From an uncultured Sulfurimonas sp. (lineage in GTDB: Bacteria > Campylobacterota > Campylobacteria > Campylobacterales > Sulfurimonadaceae): a stretch of DNA of 49,653 nt. Within the stretch, counting starts at the first letter, position 1; every line of letters starts with the position of its first letter. The stretch is from positions 1 through 49,653 of the forward strand of contig CALDOC010000326.1 in the NCBI GenBank assembly GCA_937914675.1, read 5' to 3'. Made by a program: the position numbers and the translations under genes. Of the stretch, positions 20,395-30,161 are shown piece after piece. The notes below the pieces were generated by a model, which made no database searches, was not told the origin of the DNA, and saw only the letters and a list, made by a program, of their open reading frames with translations.

Positions 20395-20462
20395 GCATGC
20401 TCCTTTATTTATAAAAGGAGTTTAACAAAAATTGCCTAATAATTAACTTTTCTTATTTGCGC

Positions 20463-21626
20463 TTAAAATGAGATTTTGCAAATATAATCAAACGGCAATC
20501 TTTCTTGTTCTAATCTAAAGTTGTTTGCGTAGAAATTATTTTGTAAGTTATCATAAACTTTTTGCTCATCAGCGGTTAAATTTTTCAACTCTTTAAAGAC
20601 GTTTTCATTTTTGTCGTCTTGCACGCCAAACTCTTTAAAAAGGTCGATAACCTCTTCGTTCATAAAAATTGATTTTATATTTTTGAAATATCCGCGAGCT
20701 TGCGAGAGTATCGCAAATCCATCTTTGTCTATGTCGCCCCAATAATATATATTTTTTTCATGCAGCCATTGTACGTTCTTTAGCGTACCCACGCCATAGC
20801 CGCTGCCAAAGATAACTATGGAATTTTTCATGTTTGGAAAAGACAAGGTCGTTATCTGATTTTCCACTATGTATACGTTTTCACAAGCTATTGAAAGATT
20901 GGCGAACTCGTCTACGTTGAGGGTCACGTCGCTCAATCCCCGTATCTTGAGAGCGTCGTCCAAAATGCGAAATCTAACTTGTGGGAGTGGATATTTGAGC
21001 CCATATTTTCGCTCAAATCCGTAATTGCCAAGATTGATTATAGAGTTGTCAAACTCATCGCATTTTAATATATTTGACAAAAGCAAATCCAAAGTCGCCC
21101 TATTTCTTTCTATGAACTTGGTGTCGACGTTTTTGATGGCCAGCTCTCGAACGTAAACGTTTGGTTTTGAATGGACTGCAAAAAAGTCACAAACGTCAAG
21201 CAATCTTTCCCAATTTTGAAAGTTTTGCGCAATGATTTTTGGTTTTTGCCTCAAGAGAGTTTTTAAAACTTCATACCGAGCCACAATCTTTTCATAATTT
21301 TCAATAAACTGGTGAAACTCGCTTTTCTTGGCTATAAAACTCAGAAACTCGTTTCTCGTCTCAAACACAACCTCAACGGGCAGTTTTTGGGACCCAATGG
21401 TTTTAAAATGGAACTCGTCATAGACGATATTCAAATTCGATTTTTTAAAATATTCTACCTCGTCTAAAACAATTTGATAATTTTTCATAATGTCATTTTG
21501 CTTGAGAGTTTTAAGTTTAAAGAGCAAAGGAAACATCTCCTCATCTTCCATGTAACTCAAAAAAACTTTTGAACTTTCATAGAGTTTCGTAGCTTTTGCA
21601 TGTATCTCTTTTTTATCGTAGAACAT
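20463..21626 (-). CDS. jetD: Wadjet TOPRIM nuclease JetD (DUF3322/DUF2220-like)
   Basis: YVREL.I..VDTKFIE, TOPRIM glutamate in YIVENQ, GSGYG, YWGDIDKDG, RLEQER; last gene of a jetABC cluster. Confidence 0.9.
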   Translation of the reverse strand: MFYDKKEIHAKATKLYESSKVFLSYMEDEEMFPLLFKLKTLKQNDIMKNYQIVLDEVEYFKKSNLNIVYDEFHFKTIGSQKLPVEVVFETRNEFLSFIAKKSEFHQFIENYEKIVARYEVLKTLLRQKPKIIAQNFQNWERLLDVCDFFAVHSKPNVYVRELAIKNVDTKFIERNRATLDLLLSNILKCDEFDNSIINLGNYGFERKYGLKYPLPQVRFRILDDALKIRGLSDVTLNVDEFANLSIACENVYIVENQITTLSFPNMKNSIVIFGSGYGVGTLKNVQWLHEKNIYYWGDIDKDGFAILSQARGYFKNIKSIFMNEEVIDLFKEFGVQDDKNENVFKELKNLTADEQKVYDNLQNNFYANNFRLEQERLPFDYICKISF

Positions 21627-21678
21627 GTTGTTTTACGCGCGCTGAATGTATATTAATCTTATTCCACTCATAGCGTCG

Positions 21679-24600
21679 CTACCTCTTAGCCTTGTTCTTC
21701 TGATAATCCTCTATCGACATGCTTAGAAGTGAAGAGTTCATCCCATCTGGGTTTGCCACGAAATGAACCGTTTTTACAAAGGATTCTATCACGTTTATTT
21801 TTTGTTTTGGAGTGATGACCAAGAGTTGGAGTTTTAGTTTGTCAAAAAGTCTCAGGGCGTATTTCGTGCTCTCGTCGCTTCCTCTTCCAAAGGCTTCGTC
21901 TATCATCACAAATCTAAAAGAACGACTTTTTATTTGCTCATACTCCACGCCAAACTGAAACGCCAATGACGAGGCTAAAACCGTGTAGGCCAATTTTTCT
22001 TTTTGTCCGCCGGATTTTCCACCGCTGTGCGCGTAATACTCTTTTTCAGAGCCATCGCTAAAATATCTTTCGCTTGCCGCGAAATTGAACCAGTTTCTAA
22101 CGTCCGTCACTTTTTGAGTCCATTTTTTGTCCACGTCCACGTAGCCGTCTCTGCCGTTAAATCTGTCGATGATTTTTTTTATCTCTAAAAATTTGTTTTC
22201 ATCATAGCTATTGTCGCTTTCTATCGAACCCGCCGTCGCGCTTTTTAGCGTTTGTTTAAAATCTCTTATGTCTATGTCGGCGCCCTGCTCCGCTATGAGT
22301 TCCACAAAGGTTCCGTCATTGTACTCTATGTCTTTTAGCGAAGAGTTTATCGAGTCAATCTTCTCTTTAATCTCATGGCTTTGATGCTCTAACTCCTCTT
22401 GAATGAGTAAAATGTTTCGAATCGTTCCCTCTTTGAAAAGCTCGTTAAACCTCTTTTCCCATTTTGGCAAATCGTCTTTTTTAAGCGCTTCCAACTTCTC
22501 GTTAAACTCATCGAGTGATTCGGCGGCCGCGTCAAAATCTTTCGCCGCGTTGGGAAACTCAGATATGAATTCACTCATGAGCTTAACCATTTTCTCCCCA
22601 ACTTTTTGGATAGATTGAGTAAGCGAACTCAATTTTGACTGTATTTTTGCTCTTAAAAGCGATTCTTGTTTCGAGATGTTGTTTAGATTCGTTTTTTCAT
22701 CCACTATGGCTTCGTCAAACAACGCGTCAATTTTTGCGCTTATCTCTTGCGACGCTTTCGCATTTTGCAAAATGGCGTTGAGATTACTCTTTTTTGTACT
22801 ATTAGTTTGCAAATTTGTTTCTAATTTTCCAATTGTTTTGGAGACGATGTCGGCTTTTTCGCTTTTCTCCTCTATATTTCGTTCGATGCCATAAATCTCT
22901 TCTTGAAGAGTTTTTATAATGTCCGAACTTGTCTCTAACGCCTTTTTCTCGTCGTCTAAAGCTTCTATTTTTTTAGCGACCTCATACCAGTCGATCTCGC
23001 TAAAGTTTTTAAAATTTAAAATGTCTCTTAGCGCGTCCCTTTGTTTTTGAAAACTCTTTTCATCTTTTGACAAAGCGCCTATTTTTGCGCTTAACATCTC
23101 TATCTTTTGATCCAAATTTTCATATTCAGCCTCAAGCGAATTGAGTTTTGCCAAGTTGTCCCAGCCTAAAACCCATCGACTTTTATTGTTTATGTCAAAT
23201 CTATCGTCTTTTTCATGTCGGGAAAGACTTGTTTTAAACTGTCCACTAATCGTAAGCGCTTTTTTAAATCTTTTGAACTCCTCCACGCTTTCAACGCAAG
23301 GGATGTTGAATCTATCGTTGAGCGTCTCTTGGAGCGATTCAAAAAAGCGCGAGTCCGCTTTTATCTCTATTTTTCTTATAAGCGAAGTGCTGAGCACGTC
23401 TACGAAGTTGTCTCTTTTATAACTATTTGACACTTTGAGATAAACCAATTTTCCTCTTAGATTTGTTTTTTCAACGTAAGAGACCACTCCCTCATAAAGC
23501 TCCTCCGCGACCAAAATTGAGATGGCGAAACTGTTTAAAACCCTTTCAATGGCGCCTTCCCATTTAGGGTCGGTGACGCGAACGAGTTCACCCACAAATG
23601 GAAGTTCGTCGTCTCTAAGATTTAATGACTTTGCCATCTCTCGTCTAATGCTGGATATTTTTTGAGGAATGTTTGAGCGGTTGTTTTTTAGGTAAGCGAT
23701 CTCAACGCTCAACTCGGTTGCGCTCTCTTCATATCTCGTTTTTGCGACGGCGTTAAAAACTCTTTCATTTTGAATCTTTGTCAGTTGAGCGTCCAAGCCT
23801 TCAAAATTTTTCATGGCGTCGTTCGCGTTGTTTAGGAATCTATGCTCGTTTGAAACCACTGGGAAATCCAAAGATTTCGCCAAATCGTTGTACTCTTGAT
23901 TTTTCTCTTTTTTCTCTTTGAGCGTCAAAAGACTACTCTTCATTTCGCCATCGATGGCGTTTATTCTATTGCCGCCATTTTGTTCAAGCTCTATTTTCAA
24001 CTCTAGCTCTTTTTGTCTTAATTCTTTTAGTTCCCTATCTATTTTTGTTTTGTTGGAGTCGGATTTTTTAAGCTCGATCTCCAACTCTTCCATCTTCGCG
24101 TTGACGAGTTTTATCTCCATAAAAGCGAAATATTCGCTTAAAGCGTCTCTGAGTTTTTCATTTACGTCTTTGAGCTCCACGTCTTTTTTGTATCGGCTTC
24201 CCTCTTTGCTTATCGGCGTCAAAAGTTCTATCTGTCTTTTTGCGCGAAGCACCGATTTGTGCGCGTGATTTAAATCGCTGAAATTTTTGCAAAGTTCGTC
24301 CACTTTTTGCTCGATGTCACCTTTTTCGAGCATGTGCGTTCTTATGAAGGAAGTCAGGTTTCCTATCTCTTTGAGTGATACGGTTTGATAAAAAAGGTTG
24401 AGGGCTTGTTCGTTTTTTATCCCCATCACTCTTCTAAAATCTTTTGAATAATCGCTAAAACTATCATAAACGCTTGTGTCGCTTATGCTTCTCAATCTTT
24501 TTTTGAGAATTTTTACATCTTTAAAATCGAAAAAATCTTTTTTTATCGTAAGCTTGTTTTTAGAGACCACGAAAAACTTTTGTTCTTTGGAGTTTGAGAC

Positions 24601-25005
24601 GTAAAAAAACTGCGCGAGGGTCACAACCTCGTCAAATCCATCATTTGCAAAATGGCTCAAAAGAACGCTAAAACTGTTTTCATCTCTTAGAGCCACGGCT
24701 TTTGAAGAGGAGTAGTTGTCGTCTTTTGAACTTTTATACTCACCTAAAATATAGGAGCGAATGGAGCGTTCCTTGCTAGCCGCTCCCGCCGCTTTGTTGT
24801 AGATAATTTTTTGATGTGGAACGAGTATGGTAGTGAGCGCGTCGACTATCGTTGATTTTCCAGAACCTATGTCGCCCGTGAGAAGCGCGTTTGTTTTGTT
24901 TAAATCCAGTGAGATTATGGAGTTGTTGTAAGTTCCCCAATTGTAAAACTCAAAACGCGAAAGTCTAAAACCACTCAGCGCTTCATCGTCAAAATTTAAC
25001 TCCAT
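21679..25005 (-). CDS. jetC: Wadjet SMC-like ATPase JetC
   Basis: FEFYNWGTY, Walker A GDIGSGKST, long coiled coils around a hinge (LPFVGEL...WEGAIERVL), signature SGGQKE, Walker B MIDEAF. Confidence 0.92.
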   Translation of the reverse strand: MELNFDDEALSGFRLSRFEFYNWGTYNNSIISLDLNKTNALLTGDIGSGKSTIVDALTTILVPHQKIIYNKAAGAASKERSIRSYILGEYKSSKDDNYSSSKAVALRDENSFSVLLSHFANDGFDEVVTLAQFFYVSNSKEQKFFVVSKNKLTIKKDFFDFKDVKILKKRLRSISDTSVYDSFSDYSKDFRRVMGIKNEQALNLFYQTVSLKEIGNLTSFIRTHMLEKGDIEQKVDELCKNFSDLNHAHKSVLRAKRQIELLTPISKEGSRYKKDVELKDVNEKLRDALSEYFAFMEIKLVNAKMEELEIELKKSDSNKTKIDRELKELRQKELELKIELEQNGGNRINAIDGEMKSSLLTLKEKKEKNQEYNDLAKSLDFPVVSNEHRFLNNANDAMKNFEGLDAQLTKIQNERVFNAVAKTRYEESATELSVEIAYLKNNRSNIPQKISSIRREMAKSLNLRDDELPFVGELVRVTDPKWEGAIERVLNSFAISILVAEELYEGVVSYVEKTNLRGKLVYLKVSNSYKRDNFVDVLSTSLIRKIEIKADSRFFESLQETLNDRFNIPCVESVEEFKRFKKALTISGQFKTSLSRHEKDDRFDINNKSRWVLGWDNLAKLNSLEAEYENLDQKIEMLSAKIGALSKDEKSFQKQRDALRDILNFKNFSEIDWYEVAKKIEALDDEKKALETSSDIIKTLQEEIYGIERNIEEKSEKADIVSKTIGKLETNLQTNSTKKSNLNAILQNAKASQEISAKIDALFDEAIVDEKTNLNNISKQESLLRAKIQSKLSSLTQSIQKVGEKMVKLMSEFISEFPNAAKDFDAAAESLDEFNEKLEALKKDDLPKWEKRFNELFKEGTIRNILLIQEELEHQSHEIKEKIDSINSSLKDIEYNDGTFVELIAEQGADIDIRDFKQTLKSATAGSIESDNSYDENKFLEIKKIIDRFNGRDGYVDVDKKWTQKVTDVRNWFNFAASERYFSDGSEKEYYAHSGGKSGGQKEKLAYTVLASSLAFQFGVEYEQIKSRSFRFVMIDEAFGRGSDESTKYALRLFDKLKLQLLVITPKQKINVIESFVKTVHFVANPDGMNSSLLSMSIEDYQKNKAKR

Positions 25006-25568
25006 TTTCCATTCTCCTTGTAGGCTTGCAATTTTTCATCAAAATCTTTGAGCCATGAAGCGTCTACAAAAGATTTGAGCGAGCGTTTTATCTCATAAGC
25101 GTTTTCTTGGTTTGTTAGTTTTTTCAAAAAGCCCAACTCCTCAACTTTTTTGATGGTGGCGTCAATCTCTTTGTAAACTTTTACCTCGTTGAAGTTTTGA
25201 GGAAGATACAAAAGCAACTCTTTTTGAATATCCTCTTTCTCTATGATGACGCGAGTGTTCTCGCTTTGCATGTCAAATTCAACTATCTCTTTTCTCAGTA
25301 AAACGCACAAAAGAGAGACTTTATAGGTGAGTTCCCTTTTTTGAACAAGTTTCGGAGGCGCGTCTTTTTCATCTTCATACTCTATTGATTTGAGGTACGC
25401 GTAGCCGTCAGTTTCATCAAGAGACACCTCCAGACCAATAACTTCAAAATAATCCTTTATAACGGCGAAACTGTTTTCGCTCAACTCCGCCCAAGCCTTT
25501 TCATTTTCACTTTTATAAAATACGCCTTTTAAAAGCGTGGTTATGGCCACTCTTGCGTCAATGTTCAT
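24996..25568 (-). CDS. jetB: Wadjet KITE subunit JetB (DUF4194-like)
   Basis: 190 aa; LLKGV, DYF..IGLE...DE..GYAYL, SLLCVLLR; lies between jetA and jetC and overlaps the jetC start. Confidence 0.85.
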   Translation of the reverse strand: MNIDARVAITTLLKGVFYKSENEKAWAELSENSFAVIKDYFEVIGLEVSLDETDGYAYLKSIEYEDEKDAPPKLVQKRELTYKVSLLCVLLRKEIVEFDMQSENTRVIIEKEDIQKELLLYLPQNFNEVKVYKEIDATIKKVEELGFLKKLTNQENAYEIKRSLKSFVDASWLKDFDEKLQAYKENGKWS

Positions 25569-25571
25569 CTT

Positions 25572-27005
25572 TTACCCTCTAAAAAAAATTATCTTAGGCA
25601 ACTTTACCATCTTTGCGTCGCCCTCGCTATCACTGATTTGTATCTCTTCAAAAGAGTTTTCCATCACCCTCGCGTTTTCGCTATTTTTGGCGATGGACAA
25701 ATATCCTATCAACTCAGCCACCCCTTTTTTGATGGCGAATTTATCCGCTATCTCTTTAACGCTACATTGTGGTTTTGACAAAAGAATCTCACTAACGTTT
25801 CGTTTTAAACGCTGTTCGTCTATAAAAAATATATCGTAAAAAGAGTCTATGTTCATGTCTATTTTTTGCTCGTTCAACTCTTGTTTGAAGCTACTCGCCT
25901 GCTTTATCGAGTATAAGGATTTTTCAAAAACCGTGTCCACTTTTACATGGTTGTCATCCATCAACGCGAAATCTTTTTTTATCGGCATATTATCTTTTAC
26001 GTCTATCGCCGATTTTTGTATCTGCTTGCAAAGTTCTAAAACTCTTCTGTTTTCTATCCAGCTTCTATCGTCCAAAAAGCGTCGTAACTGTTCCATGAGT
26101 TTTGAAGAAACTTTTGATATTTTTGCGCCGCTTTGAAGCAAACCATACTTCATCTCTTTGAGTCTTTTCTCTTTGTCAAACTCTTTAATGGTTTGGATTT
26201 CATAGAGATTTTCAAGCAACTTTGAAAGTTTTTCACTCTTTTTCGAGTCTGTGAGAAGTTGCCAAAACGCGAAAAAGCTCTTCCCTTGGTCACTCTCTCT
26301 GATACTATCTTCTATCTCAAATATCGTCCCTAAAACGGCGCCTTTCGCGTCGTCTTGAGTGATGATTTGCTCCATCGCCTTTATGTTTAAATCCCTAAAA
26401 TTGTACTCAATTTCGCTAAAATCGTATTTTAGTTTGCGCACGATTTCATCTATCTGCATAAAATGCTCTTTTATCCTAGAGTCGTCAAAACGCAAATCTT
26501 GCTTTGATTTTATAGCCTCGATTTGTTTGTCGATTTCTCTCTTTTGAGCTTCAAGTTTTTCCACTCTTTGAACGTCGTCAAAATTTGTTTCAAACTCCAA
26601 CTCTTCCAAAAGTTCAAATACGATGTTAAACTTTGAACGACTTCCGACGAACTCTTTTTTCTCCAAACTCTCTAAAAACTCCAAAGCTTTTTGCACATGG
26701 GGAGTAAGCTCGTAAAGCGCCTCGTCTTCGCTTGAATGATATTTTCGTAGATAAGCGTTTTTATCATTCGCGAAATCATCGAGATACTCTTTGGCGCTTT
26801 TTACAAAGCTATTTTTATAACTTTGATTGACGTCAAAAAGATAATCGTCAAGATGTTGCAAGATGGCGGAGTGCGTGAGCGTAAGATTTCTGTTTTTTAT
26901 AAAAACCAAATGAAAAAACGAGAGGGTAAAAGCGAAATTGTCGCTATTTAAAATTTTTATCGTTTGATTGTTTTCTTTTAGATATTTTAAGTATTCATAT
27001 TTCAT
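25572..27005 (-). CDS. jetA: Wadjet kleisin JetA (DUF3375-like)
   Basis: 477 aa; YELTP...AL.FL..L...FVG..S, DF..IE.NFR.L, SDQGKSF.AFW..L, LRRFLDD, G.AELIGYL. Confidence 0.85.
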   Translation of the reverse strand: MKYEYLKYLKENNQTIKILNSDNFAFTLSFFHLVFIKNRNLTLTHSAILQHLDDYLFDVNQSYKNSFVKSAKEYLDDFANDKNAYLRKYHSSEDEALYELTPHVQKALEFLESLEKKEFVGSRSKFNIVFELLEELEFETNFDDVQRVEKLEAQKREIDKQIEAIKSKQDLRFDDSRIKEHFMQIDEIVRKLKYDFSEIEYNFRDLNIKAMEQIITQDDAKGAVLGTIFEIEDSIRESDQGKSFFAFWQLLTDSKKSEKLSKLLENLYEIQTIKEFDKEKRLKEMKYGLLQSGAKISKVSSKLMEQLRRFLDDRSWIENRRVLELCKQIQKSAIDVKDNMPIKKDFALMDDNHVKVDTVFEKSLYSIKQASSFKQELNEQKIDMNIDSFYDIFFIDEQRLKRNVSEILLSKPQCSVKEIADKFAIKKGVAELIGYLSIAKNSENARVMENSFEEIQISDSEGDAKMVKLPKIIFFRG

Positions 27006-27039
27006 GCTTCTTTTTTATCTCCCATCGTCCTCTTTTGTG

Positions 27040-27045
27040 ATTATA
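27040..27045 (-). promoter_or_regulatory. Putative sigma70 -10 box (TATAAT) for jetABCD
   Basis: GAGATATAAT about 35 nt upstream of the jetA start. Confidence 0.5.
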
Positions 27046-27084
27046 TCTCAAAAGCGATTTCTTGTAGAAATGAATCTCCATTCT

Positions 27085-28746
27085 CTACACCGCAATTTCA
27101 AAACAGGCGCCATTATCTAGATTTTTAAGCGTCAATTTTCCATGATGGTGTTCTTCGACTATCGTCTTGGACATGTAGAGTCCCAAGCCCGTGCCATTTT
27201 TGGAACTTTTGGTTGAGAAGTACGGATCGAATATCTTCTCAACTATCTCCTCGGCGACGCCTCCGCCATTGTCGCAGATTGTGACGCCTCTTTGGTGAGT
27301 TCGAATCGTGATTTTTGGATTTTTGGTTTGACGCTCTTTAAAGTTGTCTTGCGCGTTTTTCAATATGTTTAAAATAACTTGCATCATTTCGCTGTCGTAT
27401 AGTTTCAATCTCTCCTGAGAGTCGTAAAACGACTCTATCTCAACGTTGTCGTTTATTAAAGAAGTTTGAATGATATGCAAAGCTTTGTGAATGAGAGTTT
27501 CAAACGTCGTCTCGACGGACGCCTTGTCTTGTTTGTAAAAGTTTCTAAAATCGTCGATGGTGGTGGTTAGCGTCTCCACGTAAGTGTCGATATTTTGCAA
27601 ATTTGTCAAAAAATAGCTCATCATCTCTTCTTGACCGCTTTGACTCTGCAAGTCAAAAGCTTGAAGCTCCAATTTTACCTCTAAATTCACTGACGTCGAA
27701 GCGATGGAGGCGAGTGGCTGTCGCCATTGGTGGGCGATCATGCTTATCATTTCGCCCATTTGCGCCAAGCGAGATTGCGCGAAAAGGAGTTGTTCCTGCT
27801 TTTTAATCTGCGTCAAGTCTAAAATAACCGAGATTCTCACCTTCTCGCCGTTCATGACCATATCCCTTCCGCTCGCCAAAGTTGGGAAGATGGTTCCATC
27901 ATTTTTTTTGAAATCATACAAACGAGGGGGATCAAATTCTTGAGAGAGTGAAAATCGCAGTTTTTCAACCTCATGCTCCGCGACGTAATCGCTCACATGT
28001 TTTCCAACCGCTTCTGACTTGTCCCGAAACTTCAACAACTCGACGCCCGCTTGATTCGTCTCTATGATCATGTCGTTTTCGTCTGAAAGAATGACCGCCT
28101 CCATTATCATGTCGAGAAGATTTTCAAAATTAACGTTTTTCTCCTTGAGCGCTTGAGCTTGTTCGATGTTGTCGTTGATTGATTGATATATTTTAAAGCT
28201 TGAAGGCAAAGCGATCATCAAATAAGAAAAGAGGACGACTATGAGCAACGCCTGCATCTCGCTGAGCTCATACAACAAAAGAGTGGCGATGAACATGGAT
28301 AAAATAGTCGTCGTAAATATGACCACGGCGTGATAGACGGGGGTGAGCGTCGAAAGAGAGCCCGTGATGAGAGTGAGGATTATGATGATAAAAACTAAGT
28401 TGTCCCCCATGCTCATGTACGCGAAGGCGAATATTCCAGAGAGTCCAAGCAAGAAGGCGCTGATAAAAATAAGAAAAAGATACTGTTTTAAAACTTTTTT
28501 TATCTTTTCTTTGTCGTTTGTTCGCACTATTTTTAGACCATGAACGCTTATGAACAAACGGGTGGCGTAGACGATTATCTGCAGCGACAGCCAAACAAAA
28601 AGTAGAGATGGGGGAACGTAATCCTTGAGAACGTAGGCGATTAAGATTGGAGCCAAAAAGTTTGCGGCGAAACTTCCAGCTTTGGCCCTTAAGAGCGTCT
28701 CAACCTGCTCTTTGTGATAATCAATGGTTCGAAGAGTTTTAAACAT
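27085..28746 (-). CDS. Multi-TM PAS-domain sensor histidine kinase
   Basis: About 6 TM segments, PAS domain (N..G...L.....EAVGK; KKNDGT.F), H-box [26 protein letters not shown]. Confidence 0.9.
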   Translation of the reverse strand: MFKTLRTIDYHKEQVETLLRAKAGSFAANFLAPILIAYVLKDYVPPSLLFVWLSLQIIVYATRLFISVHGLKIVRTNDKEKIKKVLKQYLFLIFISAFLLGLSGIFAFAYMSMGDNLVFIIIILTLITGSLSTLTPVYHAVVIFTTTILSMFIATLLLYELSEMQALLIVVLFSYLMIALPSSFKIYQSINDNIEQAQALKEKNVNFENLLDMIMEAVILSDENDMIIETNQAGVELLKFRDKSEAVGKHVSDYVAEHEVEKLRFSLSQEFDPPRLYDFKKNDGTIFPTLASGRDMVMNGEKVRISVILDLTQIKKQEQLLFAQSRLAQMGEMISMIAHQWRQPLASIASTSVNLEVKLELQAFDLQSQSGQEEMMSYFLTNLQNIDTYVETLTTTIDDFRNFYKQDKASVETTFETLIHKALHIIQTSLINDNVEIESFYDSQERLKLYDSEMMQVILNILKNAQDNFKERQTKNPKITIRTHQRGVTICDNGGGVAEEIVEKIFDPYFSTKSSKNGTGLGLYMSKTIVEEHHHGKLTLKNLDNGACFEIAV

Positions 28747-30161
28747 TATATTGACTCCATTTTTTTCTCGATCAACGCGGCGTATTTTTTTTTGCTCTCG
28801 TCGATTTTTCTATTTTTTTGGAAATTGAGAGATATTTTCGCCAACAATTTTTTTTCCTCGTCGTCAAATATGGCGTCGGCGGAATCGCTGACGCGAAAAG
28901 TCATCTCGTCTCGTTTGGCGTGAGATCTTCGCACTACGGAAGTGGCGTGTTGAATCGCCCTCGCCGATAAAATGAAGATGAAGTTTACGTTTTTCATGTG
29001 CCCGATTTGTATCTGTTTTTTGTTCATGAGAGAACCTATGATTGTGGCGTTGAGAAACTTGTCATAGCCTATCGAACCGCTCACGTAGCCACCGACGGCT
29101 CCCAAACCGCTTGAGATCGTCGTCGCGAGGGTCGTCGTCAATCCAAAATCAAACAAACTCGTCGGAGCGCTCATGGCGAAACCAGCCGCTCCCGCCACCG
29201 ACGCCCCCGCCACGGCGCTCACCATGACGAGATTGCTTTTTGAGAGCCCGTATCGAACGGACTCTTGCGAAAATAGGTCGCTTTGTGAGATTTCAAAGCC
29301 GTTCATGACGCTATGAAGTTTAGAGTGTCCCCATATTTTTTGCACGCTCTTTCGCGACTCATCTTCAAAACGAATCAAATCCTCTCTGTAGCTCTTTTCA
29401 TAACGTCGCTTGTCCATCTGCGTGATGACGCTTTTGAAAATAGACGAAGTGACGCTATGCCTGAGTGATTTGTAGACGCTCTCCACGATTGCCATGGCGC
29501 TTTTGCGAACTCTGTTGTCGTAATCTTGGTGGAGTATCGCTATGGATTTGGCGACGGTAGATTGCAAATCTTCGTTCATGACGGAGAACGTTTGCAACAA
29601 ATCTATTTTTGATTTGAGCGTCACTTGCATGGGATTGAATTCGCGCACGACTTTGAAGTGTTGGTTGAGGGCGATTTTCCACTCGCTCACATGGTCGCCC
29701 TCGCCTATTTTGTTGATCAACCCTATCGACGGATTCCCGCTCCAAGTCAATATCTCCATTTCCGCTTCGTACTCCTCTTTGTAAGGGAGAGAGCCATCCA
29801 CCACGTAGACGACCGCTCCGCCGTTGACGATTGGGGTGAGCAACTCTATCTCGGCTTCAAAGTCGCCATTGTCCCTATTTTCCTCGACGAAATCTTTTAA
29901 AGCCTTAGGACGCTCCAAAGCGCTCGCGTTCTTTTGCTTAAGATGGTGCAAAAATCGTTTCGGGTCTTCAAAACCGGGAGTGTCGTAAATCTCATAGATG
30001 ATTTGTTCGCCAACTTTCAAAGGGTAGCCTCTCGTCTTTTTGGTCTCTCCCGGCATGTCCGAAACCGCGACGGCGTCGTCATACGCGAGCGTCGAGACGA
30101 TGCTGCTCTTGCCTTTGTTCGGGTGCCCGACCAACACGAACGACGGATGAGGGTTACTCAT
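28746..30161 (-). CDS. TRAFAC-class GTPase with DUF3482-like C-terminus
   Basis: G1 GHPNKGKS, G2 PGET, G3 DTPG, G4 NKI; helical C-terminal half with a long Gly/Ala-rich hydrophobic hairpin. DUF assignment from recalled family architecture. Confidence 0.78.
   Translation of the reverse strand: MSNPHPSFVLVGHPNKGKSSIVSTLAYDDAVAVSDMPGETKKTRGYPLKVGEQIIYEIYDTPGFEDPKRFLHHLKQKNASALERPKALKDFVEENRDNGDFEAEIELLTPIVNGGAVVYVVDGSLPYKEEYEAEMEILTWSGNPSIGLINKIGEGDHVSEWKIALNQHFKVVREFNPMQVTLKSKIDLLQTFSVMNEDLQSTVAKSIAILHQDYDNRVRKSAMAIVESVYKSLRHSVTSSIFKSVITQMDKRRYEKSYREDLIRFEDESRKSVQKIWGHSKLHSVMNGFEISQSDLFSQESVRYGLSKSNLVMVSAVAGASVAGAAGFAMSAPTSLFDFGLTTTLATTISSGLGAVGGYVSGSIGYDKFLNATIIGSLMNKKQIQIGHMKNVNFIFILSARAIQHATSVVRRSHAKRDEMTFRVSDSADAIFDDEEKKLLAKISLNFQKNRKIDESKKKYAALIEKKMESI

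Noticed and set aside
21679-25005. Possible housekeeping SMC, MukB or SbcC
   Set aside because: The flanking kleisin, KITE and TOPRIM genes in jetABCD order fit Wadjet better.
27063-27089. Hairpin TGTAGA-AATG...CATT-C-TCTACA over the PAS kinase stop codon
   Set aside because: It is bulged and has no adjacent U-tract on the minus strand, so it is not called a terminator. Read-through into jetA remains possible.
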